From NCBI GenBank assembly GCA_028289445.1, contig JANQPO010000014.1, positions 18,620 to 82,619 of the forward strand: a DNA stretch of 64,000 bases, given 5' to 3'. The position numbers and the translations under genes were made by a program. Origin of the DNA: Tepidamorphaceae bacterium. GTDB taxonomy: Bacteria; Pseudomonadota; Alphaproteobacteria; Rhizobiales; JAKSCL01. Within the stretch, counting starts at the first letter, position 1, and every line of letters starts with the position of its first letter. Below the pieces are notes generated by a model that saw only the letters and a program-made list of their open reading frames with translations, made no database searches and had not been told where the DNA came from. Shown here one piece after another: positions 29,288 to 38,870 of the stretch.

Positions 29288-30283
29288 CTAGGGATGAAGC
29301 ACGATCTTGGGCGCCGAGACCTGTCCCGCATGCAGGTCGCGAAAGGCACCGCCGCCGTCGCGTAGCGGCCGCGTCTCGATCCAGTCGAACGGACCGAAGA
29401 GGTCGTCGAACACCGCATCGGCGGTCGCGCGGAAGTCGTCGGGGGTATAGGTGTAGGTGCCGATGAACGTGACCTCTTGAAGCGTCATCCGACGGAGGTC
29501 GAGACCGCAGGTGGCCTCGCCAAGGCCGATATGAACGATCACGCCGCCGGGTGCCACGGATGCCGAAGCGGCTTCGCGCGTTTTCGCGATTCCGACGGCG
29601 TCGATGACAAGGTCGGCCCAGGCGGCGTCCGCGATGATGGCATGGGATGGATCATAGGCGCGAAAGCCTGCCGCCTCCTCCAAAACCGTACGCCGCGCAG
29701 CGCTTGGCTCGGCAATCAAGATATCGCGGACGCCGTTCGCCGTCAGGACAAGCGCTGCACCGACGCCGATGGCCCCACCGCCCAGGATCAGACAACGGGA
29801 TCGATCTAGGGGCGCCTTGAGCGCGTCCTTGCCCATTTGGACTGCGTGCCAACCGCAGGCGATCGGCTCGATCATGGCGGCTTCGTCGACGGGTGTGCCG
29901 TTGGGTATCTTGATGAGGTTCGTTTCCGGAACGGCGACGAACTCGGCAAAGGCGCCTGGACGCGGCGCCATGGAAATGATCTGGCGGTCAGCGCACAAAT
30001 TGGCCCGTCCCGTCCGGCAGGCTTTGCAGGTTCCACACGTCACCAGGGGATTGATCACGACGCGAGCGCCCTCATCGGAGCCGGAAACGACTGTGCCGGC
30101 AGCTTCGTGTCCCAGAATCAAGGGTGCCGGGCGGCGCGGATCGTGGCCGAGATAGGCGTGCATGTCGGATCCGCAGATTCCGGCGGCCTCGACACGCACG
30201 ATGGCGTGGCCCGGCTGAGGAGCGGGATCATCAACGTCGCGGAAATCGAGCGATTCCGGACCGGTATAGACAAGTGCCTTCAT
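29288..30283 (-). CDS. Zn-dependent MDR dehydrogenase, HpsP-like
   Basis: CGSD.H, GHE, C..C..C...C and GGGAIG motifs. Strongly resembles the Ruegeria HpsP sequence as I recall it (GHDxRRPAPLILGHE, RQIISM, LQE.T.IGTYTYT). Confidence 0.7.
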   Translation of the reverse strand: MKALVYTGPESLDFRDVDDPAPQPGHAIVRVEAAGICGSDMHAYLGHDPRRPAPLILGHEAAGTVVSGSDEGARVVINPLVTCGTCKACRTGRANLCADRQIISMAPRPGAFAEFVAVPETNLIKIPNGTPVDEAAMIEPIACGWHAVQMGKDALKAPLDRSRCLILGGGAIGVGAALVLTANGVRDILIAEPSAARRTVLEEAAGFRAYDPSHAIIADAAWADLVIDAVGIAKTREAASASVAPGGVIVHIGLGEATCGLDLRRMTLQEVTFIGTYTYTPDDFRATADAVFDDLFGPFDWIETRPLRDGGGAFRDLHAGQVSAPKIVLHP

Positions 30284-30532
30284 CGATTGAGGCGGTTCGC
30301 GCCATGTCCCGCTTTTCGTAAGATTACACCGATGCCGACGCAAGACTTCCGCGATGCGTGCCGAGGCTTGAGCCGGGAATCTGCATGGTTCGTCAGGACT
30401 GACCCTACAAACGATCCATGTCCAATTGCTGAGTGAGACGCACCTTAGGTGCAAGAACGCTTTCATGCAAGCGCTTACACACGCAATCGGCGATGCAATC
30501 GCGAGTCGCTATCTACACCATCTTATTGCGCA

Positions 30533-31384
30533 CTATGCGTCGTTAGCGGGCGGCATAGGCGAAACGCTCGTCGGCGATTTTCCTCCAATCGCCCGGGTCA
30601 CGTCGGCTGCCGCTTGGCGAACAAGCGCGCCATTCCGTGCGTCATGATCGGCGGACAGGCGGACGGACGGTCCGGAGACCGAAATACCGGCGATCGCTTC
30701 GCCGAACGCATTGAAGATCGGCGCCGCGATGCACCGCATGCCGTCGGTGCGCTCTTCGTCGTCCACAGCCCATCCGCGCCGCCGGATGGTGTTCAACTCG
30801 GCAACGAGTTCGTCATGGCCGGTGATTGTCTTGTCGGTGAAGCGCGTCAAAGGGGCATTGCCTGCGATGGCGTCGATTGTCGCCGCCGGAAGATAGGCGA
30901 GGAGGGCCTTGCCGATGCCCGATGCGTGGATCGGGCCGCGCGTACCCGGCCGAAAGAAGGCCCGAATGGGCTCCTGGCTCTCGACCTGGCTGACGAAGAC
31001 CACTTCGTTGCGGTCGGCAATGGCCAGGTTCGCGGTTTCGCCCGTGGCAGACATGATCGATTGCATGGCCGTGCGGCTTTGCTCGACGATGCTGGTCCGG
31101 CCGAGGAAGGCGCTGCCGATCCGAAAGGCGCCAAGCCCAACATGCCAGGTCTGATCGGCTTCGTCGAATGCGACGATGGCGTGTTTTTGCAACGTAATGA
31201 GGATCCGATAGACGGTTGAGGCGGGCTGATCCGAAGCCTCCGCAACCTCGGTTAGCGACATGCCGTCACCGGCGGCGACTGTACGCAATACCGTCATTGC
31301 GCGATCCAGAGACTGGATGACCGCGCGTTCGCCTTGGTCGTTGAACGCGCGGGGCCTGCCGCGCGAGCGTCCGGTTTGGGGCAT
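30533..31384 (-). CDS. bhcR: IclR-family regulator BhcR
   Basis: RGRP N-terminus, QSLDRA, GETANL, HASGIGKALLA and DDEE motifs. Divergent from bhcA. Confidence 0.88.
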   Translation of the reverse strand: MPQTGRSRGRPRAFNDQGERAVIQSLDRAMTVLRTVAAGDGMSLTEVAEASDQPASTVYRILITLQKHAIVAFDEADQTWHVGLGAFRIGSAFLGRTSIVEQSRTAMQSIMSATGETANLAIADRNEVVFVSQVESQEPIRAFFRPGTRGPIHASGIGKALLAYLPAATIDAIAGNAPLTRFTDKTITGHDELVAELNTIRRRGWAVDDEERTDGMRCIAAPIFNAFGEAIAGISVSGPSVRLSADHDARNGALVRQAAADVTRAIGGKSPTSVSPMPPANDA

Positions 31385-31516
31385 CTCAAGCCTCCCTTTG
31401 GTGAGAGTCATCCTAAGGCAGATCAGGTGCTTGTCAAATTCGTGAAAAACTATTCCGATATATGAAAAAATAGAAAATTATTACATTTCAGTATATTAAG
31501 CGTTGTTGCTAGAAAA

Positions 31517-31531
31517 TGAAAAAATTTTTCA
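31517..31531. promoter_or_regulatory. candidate BhcR site TGAAAAA-A-TTTTTCA in AT-rich divergent promoter
   Basis: 15-bp palindrome between bhcR and bhcA. Confidence 0.5.
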
Positions 31532-31610
31532 GAAAAATTGCTTTCGGGTTCGCCGCACCTTAAATTGCCGGCAATTGAACAAACCGAGCGAGAAAGCGGG
31601 AGACGAGGGC

Positions 31611-32819
31611 ATGTCGACGCAGAACCCAATTTTCATTCCTGGACCGACCAATATCCCGGAGGAACTGCGCCGGGCCATCAGCAATCCGTCGATTGACCAT
31701 CGATCCGAAACCTTCGTGGAGATGTTCAAGCCGGCGCTCGCTGCTGTGAAACGTGTCTTGAAGACGACAACGGCCGAAGCGCTGATCTTTCCGTCGACGG
31801 GAACCGGCGGCTGGGAGGCCGCAATCACGAACACCCTGTCGCCGGGCGACAAGGTCCTAGCCGCACGGCATGGCATGTTCTCCCATCGCTGGATCGATCT
31901 CTGCCAGCGCCACAAGCTCGATGTCGAGATACTTGAGTGCGAGTGGGGGACGGGCGCCCCGGCCGATCTGTTTGCCGAGAGGCTTGCCGCCGACAAGGAT
32001 CGCGCCATCAAGGCGGTGCTTGTCACGCACAATGAGACCGCCACCGGCGTGAAAAGTGACGTGGCGGCCGTTCGCAGGGCGATCGACTCGGCCGACCATC
32101 CAGCCATGTTGTTCGTCGACGGTGTCTCATCGATAGCGTCGATGGACTTCCGCATGGACGAGTGGGGCATCGACATCGCCATTACCGGATCGCAAAAGGG
32201 GTTCATGCTGCCGCCGGGGCTGGCAATCCTCGGCATTAGCCAAAAGGCCATTGCGGCGATGGACACCGCCCAATGTCCGCGCTGTTTCTTCGACTTCCAA
32301 GACATGCTCAAGACCAACGCCACTGGCGGCTTTCCCTACACGCCGCCGGCGAACCTCATTCGCGGTCTGACGGTCGCCATCGGCATGTTGGAAGACGAGG
32401 GGCTGGAGGACGTCTTTGCGCGTCATCACCGAATCGCTGAAGGCGTGCGTAAGGCCGTTGCTGCGTGGGGGCTGAGCTTGTGTGCCATAACGCCGGATCT
32501 TTACTCCGATACGGTCAGCACGGTTGTCGTGCCCGCCGGCTTCGATGGCACAGAGGTTGTCACCATGGCGGCGACGAAATACGGCGTGCCGTTCGGCGTC
32601 GGCCTCGGCGAAGTCGCCGGCAAAGTGTTCCGCATCGGGCACCTGGGTTCGATGACCGACGTCATGGCGCTTTCCGGTATCGCGACGGCCGAAATGGTTA
32701 TGGCCGATCTGGGCTTCCCGATTATGCTCGGTTCGGGCGTCGCGGCGGCGCAAGACCACTATCGCACGACGGCGGGTTCGCTTAATACGACCGCATCGAA
32801 CACAAAGAACGCCGCCTAA
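31611..32819 (+). CDS. bhcA: L-aspartate-glyoxylate aminotransferase
   Basis: QNPIFIPGPTNIPE, HNETATG, GSQKG and FRIGHLG motifs. Operon context. Confidence 0.9.
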   Translation: MSTQNPIFIPGPTNIPEELRRAISNPSIDHRSETFVEMFKPALAAVKRVLKTTTAEALIFPSTGTGGWEAAITNTLSPGDKVLAARHGMFSHRWIDLCQRHKLDVEILECEWGTGAPADLFAERLAADKDRAIKAVLVTHNETATGVKSDVAAVRRAIDSADHPAMLFVDGVSSIASMDFRMDEWGIDIAITGSQKGFMLPPGLAILGISQKAIAAMDTAQCPRCFFDFQDMLKTNATGGFPYTPPANLIRGLTVAIGMLEDEGLEDVFARHHRIAEGVRKAVAAWGLSLCAITPDLYSDTVSTVVVPAGFDGTEVVTMAATKYGVPFGVGLGEVAGKVFRIGHLGSMTDVMALSGIATAEMVMADLGFPIMLGSGVAAAQDHYRTTAGSLNTTASNTKNAA

Positions 32820-32834
32820 GCGACAGGACCGACA

Positions 32835-33788
32835 ATGATCATTCCGACCTATGAGGACGCCGTTGCGGCACACGAGCGCATCCGGCCGTATATTCACCGG
32901 ACGCCGGTGCTGACCAGCACCTACATGAACGCGATCACCGGCGCTCAACTGTTCTTCAAGTGCGAGAACTTCCAGAAGGCCGGCGCATTCAAGGCGAGGG
33001 GGGCATCGAACGCCGTTTTCGGCCTTGACGATGAAAAGGCCAAGCTTGGCGTTGCGACCCACTCGTCGGGCAACCACGCGCTGTCGCTCAGCTATGCGGC
33101 GGGACGGCGCGGCATCCCCTGTCACGTCGTCATGCCGCGAACGGCACCTCAGGCCAAGAAAGACGCGGTGGCTGGCTATGGCGGCAAGATCACCGAGTGC
33201 GAGCCGTCGACCTCGTCGCGTGAGGCGGTGTTCGCAGAAGTGCAGGCGGCGACCGGCGCGGATTTCGTCCATCCCTACAATGATCCACGGGTGATCGCGG
33301 GGCAGGCGACGTGCTCCAGGGAATTGGTCGAGGACATCGGCGATCTTGATGCCGTGGTGGCGCCGATCGGCGGCGGCGGCATGATCTCGGGATCGTGTTT
33401 GACGCTGTCCAATATCGCGCCAAGTACCAAGATTTACGCCGCCGAGCCGAAAAATGCCGACGACGCCTATCGCTCATTCAAGGCGGGCCATATCATCGCC
33501 GATGACGCGCCGCAGACCGTTGCCGATGGCCTGAAAGTGCCGCTGAAGGACCTCACGTGGCACTTTGTGAGCAATCATGTCAGCGATATCTTCACGGCCA
33601 CGGAGCAGGAGATCATCGATGCCATGTATCTGACATGGCAACGCATGAAGATCGTGGTGGAGCCCTCCTGTGCGGTGCCGCTTGCGGTCATTTTGAAGAA
33701 CCGCGAGGTGTTTGAAGGAAAACGCGTCGGTGTCATCATCACCGGCGGCAATGTCGATTTGAACAAACTGCCCTGGATGACGGGCTAA
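32835..33788 (+). CDS. bhcB: beta-hydroxyaspartate dehydratase
   Basis: KCENFQKAGAFKARGA, HSSGNH and GGGGM motifs (fold-type II PLP). Operon context. Confidence 0.9.
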   Translation: MIIPTYEDAVAAHERIRPYIHRTPVLTSTYMNAITGAQLFFKCENFQKAGAFKARGASNAVFGLDDEKAKLGVATHSSGNHALSLSYAAGRRGIPCHVVMPRTAPQAKKDAVAGYGGKITECEPSTSSREAVFAEVQAATGADFVHPYNDPRVIAGQATCSRELVEDIGDLDAVVAPIGGGGMISGSCLTLSNIAPSTKIYAAEPKNADDAYRSFKAGHIIADDAPQTVADGLKVPLKDLTWHFVSNHVSDIFTATEQEIIDAMYLTWQRMKIVVEPSCAVPLAVILKNREVFEGKRVGVIITGGNVDLNKLPWMTG

Positions 33789-33802
33789 TCGGGAGAAAGA
33801 GC

Positions 33803-34966
33803 ATGAACGTGCACGCGAAACCGGAAAGCCTTGAAGTCGGCTACGACGTTCCGGCCGCCGTCGGAATGAACGAGAGCGACATTCAGACCCCTTGCCTGAT
33901 CCTCGACCTCGACGCGCTGGAGCGCAACATCAAGAAGATGGGCGACTATGCCAAGGCCCACGGTATGCGACACAGAGTCCACGGAAAGATGCACAAGTCC
34001 GTGGACGTCGCAAAGCTCCAGGAACGGATCGGCGGCTCGGTCGGCGTTTGCTGTCAGAAGGTCTCGGAAGCCGAGGTCTTCGCGCGCGGCGGCATCAAGG
34101 ATGTCCTGGTCTCCAACCAGGTGCGCGACCCGGCCAAGATCGACCGCTTGGCGCAGCTTCCAAAGCTCGGTGCGCGGATTATCGTGTGTGTGGACGACAT
34201 CGACAATGTCTCTGAACTGTCCACCGCCGCGCAGAAGTACGGAACGACGCTGGAATGCTTCGTCGAGATCGACTGCGGTGCGGGCCGCTGCGGCGTGACG
34301 ACGACTGAGGATGTCGTGGCGATTGCCAAGGCCATCGACGCCGCGCCAGGGCTGAAATTCACCGGCATCCAGGCCTATCAGGGCGCCATGCAGCACATGG
34401 ACAGCTATGAGGACCGCGAGGCCAAGCTCGACGTGGCGATCGCCATGGTCAAGGACGCCGTCGAGGGGCTGAAGGCAGAAGGTCTTGAGCCTGAACTGGT
34501 GTCCGGCGGCGGCACTGGATCATACTATTTCGAAAGCAATTCAGGCGTTTACAACGAGCTTCAGTGCGGCTCCTACGCCTTCATGGACGCCGATTATGGC
34601 CGTATCCTCGACAAGGACGGCAATCGTATCGATCAGGGCGAATGGGAAAACGCGCTGTTCCTCCTTACCTCCGTCATGAGCCACGCCAAGGCCGACAAGG
34701 CGATTTGCGACGCCGGCCTGAAAGCCCAGTCCGTTGACAGCGGTCTGCCGTTCGTCTTCGGCCGCGATGATGTGGAGTACATCAAGTGTTCCGACGAGCA
34801 CGGCGTGATTTCCGATCCGAACGGCGCGCTCAAGGTCAACGACAAGCTGCGGCTCGTCCCCGGCCACTGCGATCCGACCTGCAATGTCCACGACTGGTAT
34901 GTCGGCGTGCGCAACGGCAAGGTCGAGGCGGTATGGCCGGTCTCGGCGCGCGGCAAAGCCTACTGA
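33803..34966 (+). CDS. bhcC: 3-hydroxy-D-aspartate aldolase
   Basis: HGKMHKS, GGGTG, QCGSY, SDEHG and PGHCDPTCN motifs. Confidence 0.92.
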   Translation: MNVHAKPESLEVGYDVPAAVGMNESDIQTPCLILDLDALERNIKKMGDYAKAHGMRHRVHGKMHKSVDVAKLQERIGGSVGVCCQKVSEAEVFARGGIKDVLVSNQVRDPAKIDRLAQLPKLGARIIVCVDDIDNVSELSTAAQKYGTTLECFVEIDCGAGRCGVTTTEDVVAIAKAIDAAPGLKFTGIQAYQGAMQHMDSYEDREAKLDVAIAMVKDAVEGLKAEGLEPELVSGGGTGSYYFESNSGVYNELQCGSYAFMDADYGRILDKDGNRIDQGEWENALFLLTSVMSHAKADKAICDAGLKAQSVDSGLPFVFGRDDVEYIKCSDEHGVISDPNGALKVNDKLRLVPGHCDPTCNVHDWYVGVRNGKVEAVWPVSARGKAY

Positions 34967-34979
34967 GTGCGGTCGGATC

Positions 34980-35945
34980 ATGCTGATCGTCACGGAGGAA
35001 ACGTGCCAAGAGGTTGTCGACCGGGCCGCCGCCTTTGACGCCGTTGAAAAGGTGTTCGGGGCGATGGCCCGGGGCGACGCCTACAATTTTCCGGTCATCC
35101 GCGAGGCCATCGGCCACGCCGACGCGCTTTACGGCTTCAAGTCTGGCTTTGATCGGGCGGGGCTCGTTCTGGGCCTGAAATCGGGCGGCTACTGGCCAGG
35201 GAATGCGGACAAGGGCCTGACCAATCACCAGTCGACGGTCGTACTGTTCGATCCAGACACGGGGCGACCGAAGGCGCTGGTTGGCGGTAATTATCTCACG
35301 GCCGTGCGCACCGCAGCGTCGTCGGCGATCTCGATCAAACACCTGTCACGCCCGGACTCAAAGGTGCTCGGGATGATCGGTGCCGGCCATCAGTCGACCT
35401 TCCAGATGCGAGCGGCGGCCGACCAGCGCGATTTCGAGCGCGTGATCGGCTGGAACCTGCATCCCGAGCAGCTGCCGCGCTTGGAGGCGACCGCCAAGGA
35501 GATCGGATTGCCATTCGAAGCCGTCGACCGAGACCGGCTGGGGGAAGAGGCCGACGTGATCATCACCATCACATCAAGCTTTGACGCGATCCTGATGAAA
35601 GATCAGATCAAGCCCGGCACTCATTTGGCCTGTATGGGGACCGACACGAAGGGCAAGAAAGAGGTCGATCCGACGCTGGTCGCCGCGGCGCGGGCGTTCA
35701 CAGACGAAATCGCCCAGTCGATCACGATCGGCGAGTGCCAGCATGCGGTTGCCGACGGGCTGATCTCCGAAGGCGACATCACCGAGATCGGCGCCGTGGT
35801 GAACGGCACCAAACCGGGCCGCACATCGGACGACGAAATCACGCTCTTCGATGGCACTGGGGTGGGGCTGCAAGACTTGGCGGCGGCCGCGGTCGCGGTC
35901 GAGCTTGCCGTCGAGCGCGGGGTCGCGGTGACCGTCGACGTCTGA
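34980..35945 (+). CDS. bhcD: iminosuccinate reductase
   Basis: Ornithine cyclodeaminase/mu-crystallin family: NFPVIRE, YGFKSG, LTAVRTAA and FDGTG. Confidence 0.9.
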   Translation: MLIVTEETCQEVVDRAAAFDAVEKVFGAMARGDAYNFPVIREAIGHADALYGFKSGFDRAGLVLGLKSGGYWPGNADKGLTNHQSTVVLFDPDTGRPKALVGGNYLTAVRTAASSAISIKHLSRPDSKVLGMIGAGHQSTFQMRAAADQRDFERVIGWNLHPEQLPRLEATAKEIGLPFEAVDRDRLGEEADVIITITSSFDAILMKDQIKPGTHLACMGTDTKGKKEVDPTLVAAARAFTDEIAQSITIGECQHAVADGLISEGDITEIGAVVNGTKPGRTSDDEITLFDGTGVGLQDLAAAAVAVELAVERGVAVTVDV

Positions 35946-36038
35946 GTTTCACGCTTGCTGACTAAAGACCTGCTCCGATCGCTTGCCACGGGCTAAGCGC
36001 GGCGCCATTGTGACCGTTGCGCAGGCAGCGGGGCAGCA

Positions 36039-37067
36039 ATGACAATTGGTGTCGGACTAGCGGGTTTCGGTCTTTCGGGACGGTTCCTGCATGCCCCGCT
36101 TATAAAGGCGGCAGGGATGGAGATTCGCGCCGTCGCCTCATCGCGCGTCGCCGATATCAGGGCGGATTTTCCAAACGCTGAACCGGTCGCCGATCTGGGC
36201 GGGCTTATCCTACGCGACGATGTCGATCTGGCGGTGCTCACGACGCCAAACGACCTTCATTACGCGCAAGCGAATGCGGCGTTAAAGGCGGGAAAGCACG
36301 TTGTTGTCGAAAAACCCTTTGTTCCAGCGGCAGATGAAGCCGACACGCTTATAGCGTTGGCGGAAAAGGAGAAACGCAAGCTCTCCGTCTACCACAATCG
36401 CCGATGGGACTCCGACTTCCTGACGATCCAGAAGCTCTTGGCGGAGCCCCGGCTTGGAACGGTTTATCGGTTTGCCATGCGCTGGGATCGGTTTCGGCCA
36501 GAGGTCCAAGACCGGTGGCGTGAGAAAGACGGTCCGGGCGCCGGGCTTCTCTATGACCTGGGCAGTCATATGATCGATCAGGCGCTACAACTGTTCGGCA
36601 TGCCGGACTGGCTGCAAGCGAATGTTGCCGCGCAGCGACCGGGCGCCGTCGTCGATGACGCTTTCGATATCCTGATGGGTAAGGGCGCTCTGCGCATCAG
36701 CCTGGGTGTCAGCTCAATCGCCGCCGACAATGCGCTCCGATATCGCGTGGATGGCGATGCGGGTTCGTTCGTGAAGTCCGGTCTCGACGTTCAGGAAGCG
36801 CAATTGCGGGCCGGTGAGGCGCCGGACACCGCCGACTTTGGAGTCGAGCCGGAAGCGCAATGGGGCACGTTCACAGATGACAATGGCGATCAACAAATCG
36901 TTCGTGCCGAGCGCGGATCATGGCTAACCTTCTATCGTCAGATGCGGAACGCGATCGAGAGCGACGAACCGGTCCCGGTCGACCCACGCTCTGCACGCGA
37001 TGTTATCGCTGTGATCGAGGCCGCGCGACAAAGCTCCGACGCCGGCAAGCGCGTGCCATTTCAATGA
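36039..37067 (+). CDS. Gfo/Idh/MocA oxidoreductase (YdgJ/IolW-like)
   Basis: GFGLSG..H.P, VEKP, YHNRRWDSDF and DLGSH motifs. Confidence 0.85.
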   Translation: MTIGVGLAGFGLSGRFLHAPLIKAAGMEIRAVASSRVADIRADFPNAEPVADLGGLILRDDVDLAVLTTPNDLHYAQANAALKAGKHVVVEKPFVPAADEADTLIALAEKEKRKLSVYHNRRWDSDFLTIQKLLAEPRLGTVYRFAMRWDRFRPEVQDRWREKDGPGAGLLYDLGSHMIDQALQLFGMPDWLQANVAAQRPGAVVDDAFDILMGKGALRISLGVSSIAADNALRYRVDGDAGSFVKSGLDVQEAQLRAGEAPDTADFGVEPEAQWGTFTDDNGDQQIVRAERGSWLTFYRQMRNAIESDEPVPVDPRSARDVIAVIEAARQSSDAGKRVPFQ

Positions 37068-37081
37068 CATGGTAACTCATC

Positions 37082-38722
37082 TTGCCTGATTACATCATCA
37101 TCGGTGGCGGCTCGGCTGGCTGCGTGCTCGCGAACCGGCTGTCGGAGGATCCAGACGTAACGGTCCTGCTTCTGGAGGCCGGTGGGCGCGATTGGCACCC
37201 GCTTGTCCATATCCCGGCCGGTTTCGCCAAGATGACGAAGGGCATCAATTCCTGGGGCTGGTCGACCGTGCCGCAGCGGCATGTGGGCGACCGTGTCTTC
37301 TGGTACACCCAGGCGAAGGTGCTGGGCGGCGGTTCGTCGATCAACGCGCAGATCTACACGCGCGGCAATGCAGCCGACTATGACGCTTGGGCGCGCGACC
37401 ACGACTGCGCCGGCTGGGGCTATCGTGAAGTCCTCCCATACTTCACGCGCGCTGAGGATAATCAGCGCTTCGCCAACGATTATCATGGAAGCGGCGGGCC
37501 GCTCGGCGTGTCGAACCCGATTGCGCCACTGCCGATCTGCGAAGCGTTTTTCCGTGCCGCGCAACAGGCCGGGTTGCCCTTCAACCCGGACTTCAACGGC
37601 CGCACCCAGGAAGGCGTCGGCTACTACCAACTCACCCAGCGTGGTGCCCGGCGGTCTTCGGCATCGGTGGCCTATCTGAAACCGGTTGAAAGGCAACGAC
37701 CCAATTTGACCATCCGCACGGGTGTCAGCACCACGCGCATTCTTGTCGAGAACCAGCGGGCCACCGGCGTAGAGATCTTCGGGTGCGACGGCGGAGATGC
37801 GAAGAGAATTGTCGCTGAACGCGCGGTGATTTCCGCTTGCGGGGCAATCGGTTCGCCGAAGCTCTTGATGCAGTCCGGTATCGGTCCGGCCGATCATCTG
37901 CGCGACGTTGGTGTTGACGTCGTGCATGACCTACCTGGGGTCGGCGGCAACCTGCAGGATCACGTCAATTTGTTCACGATCAGCGAATGCACCGGTGATC
38001 ATTCCTATGACGCCTATGCCAAGCTTCACCGCACGCTGTCGGCCGGCATACAATACCTTTTGCTTGGCACCGGACCCGCCGCGTCCAGTCTCTTTGAGAC
38101 GGGCGGGTTCTGGTATGCCGATCCGGCGGCACGCTCGCCGGACGTCCAATTCCATTTGGGTCTGGGATCCGGCATCGAGGCTGGTGTCATCAAGCTCGAC
38201 AATCCGGGTGTGACGCTCAATTCGGCCTATCTGCGGCCGAAATCGCGCGGTTCCGTGCGTTTGTCCAGCGCAGATCCATCGGTTGCTCCGCTGATCGATC
38301 CGAACTATTGGGCGGAGCCGGATGATCGGGCCTTGGCTTTCGAGGGGTTGAAGCTCGCACGCACCATTATGCGCCAGCCGGCGCTTGAAGCCTTCATCAA
38401 ACGCGAGATTTTGCCTGGCCCGGATGCGTTCAGCGACAATGACCTGTTCGCCTATGCCTGTAAGACCGCAAAGACGGATCATCATCCCGTCGGCACCTGC
38501 AAGATGGGCGTCGATGACTTGGCCGTCGTCGATCTGGATCTGAAAGTGCGCGGTCTGGAGGGGCTCTATGTTTGCGATGCCTCGGCGATGCCTCAGATCC
38601 CGTCATCCAACACCAATGCGCCGACCATCATGATCGGTGAGAAGGGTGCCGATCTGATCCGTGGCCGTTCGCCGTTGCCGCCGGCCGTGTTTGAAGGCAA
38701 CCTATCGCGCGAAGGCGAGTGA
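37082..38722 (+). CDS. GMC-family FAD oxidoreductase (sorbose dehydrogenase-like)
   Basis: GGGSAG, LGGGSSINA, HHPVGTC and NTNAP motifs. TTG start. Confidence 0.85.
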   Translation: MPDYIIIGGGSAGCVLANRLSEDPDVTVLLLEAGGRDWHPLVHIPAGFAKMTKGINSWGWSTVPQRHVGDRVFWYTQAKVLGGGSSINAQIYTRGNAADYDAWARDHDCAGWGYREVLPYFTRAEDNQRFANDYHGSGGPLGVSNPIAPLPICEAFFRAAQQAGLPFNPDFNGRTQEGVGYYQLTQRGARRSSASVAYLKPVERQRPNLTIRTGVSTTRILVENQRATGVEIFGCDGGDAKRIVAERAVISACGAIGSPKLLMQSGIGPADHLRDVGVDVVHDLPGVGGNLQDHVNLFTISECTGDHSYDAYAKLHRTLSAGIQYLLLGTGPAASSLFETGGFWYADPAARSPDVQFHLGLGSGIEAGVIKLDNPGVTLNSAYLRPKSRGSVRLSSADPSVAPLIDPNYWAEPDDRALAFEGLKLARTIMRQPALEAFIKREILPGPDAFSDNDLFAYACKTAKTDHHPVGTCKMGVDDLAVVDLDLKVRGLEGLYVCDASAMPQIPSSNTNAPTIMIGEKGADLIRGRSPLPPAVFEGNLSREGE

Positions 38723-38802
38723 TGCGGTTCGCGCAAAGAGATCAAGGCGCAGTGGACGTGCTCGCGATCGGGCCGGTGGGATCAGGTTATCAACCGTGCT
38801 GC

Positions 38803-38830
38803 TTGAAATAACCAATTAGTTACTTATAAT
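38803..38830 (+). promoter_or_regulatory. sigma70 promoter TTGAAA-N16-TATAAT with palindromic operator TAACCAATTAGTTAC filling the spacer
   Basis: Near-consensus hexamers. The operator recurs at 48654-48670. Confidence 0.75.
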
Positions 38831-38870
38831 CCAGCGCAACCAAAATTTGAGACCAGGGAGGCCCGCGCCA

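Noticed and set aside
31420-31545. AT-rich patches (also 43880-44010) as foreign DNA
   Set aside because: Short and confined to divergent promoter regions.
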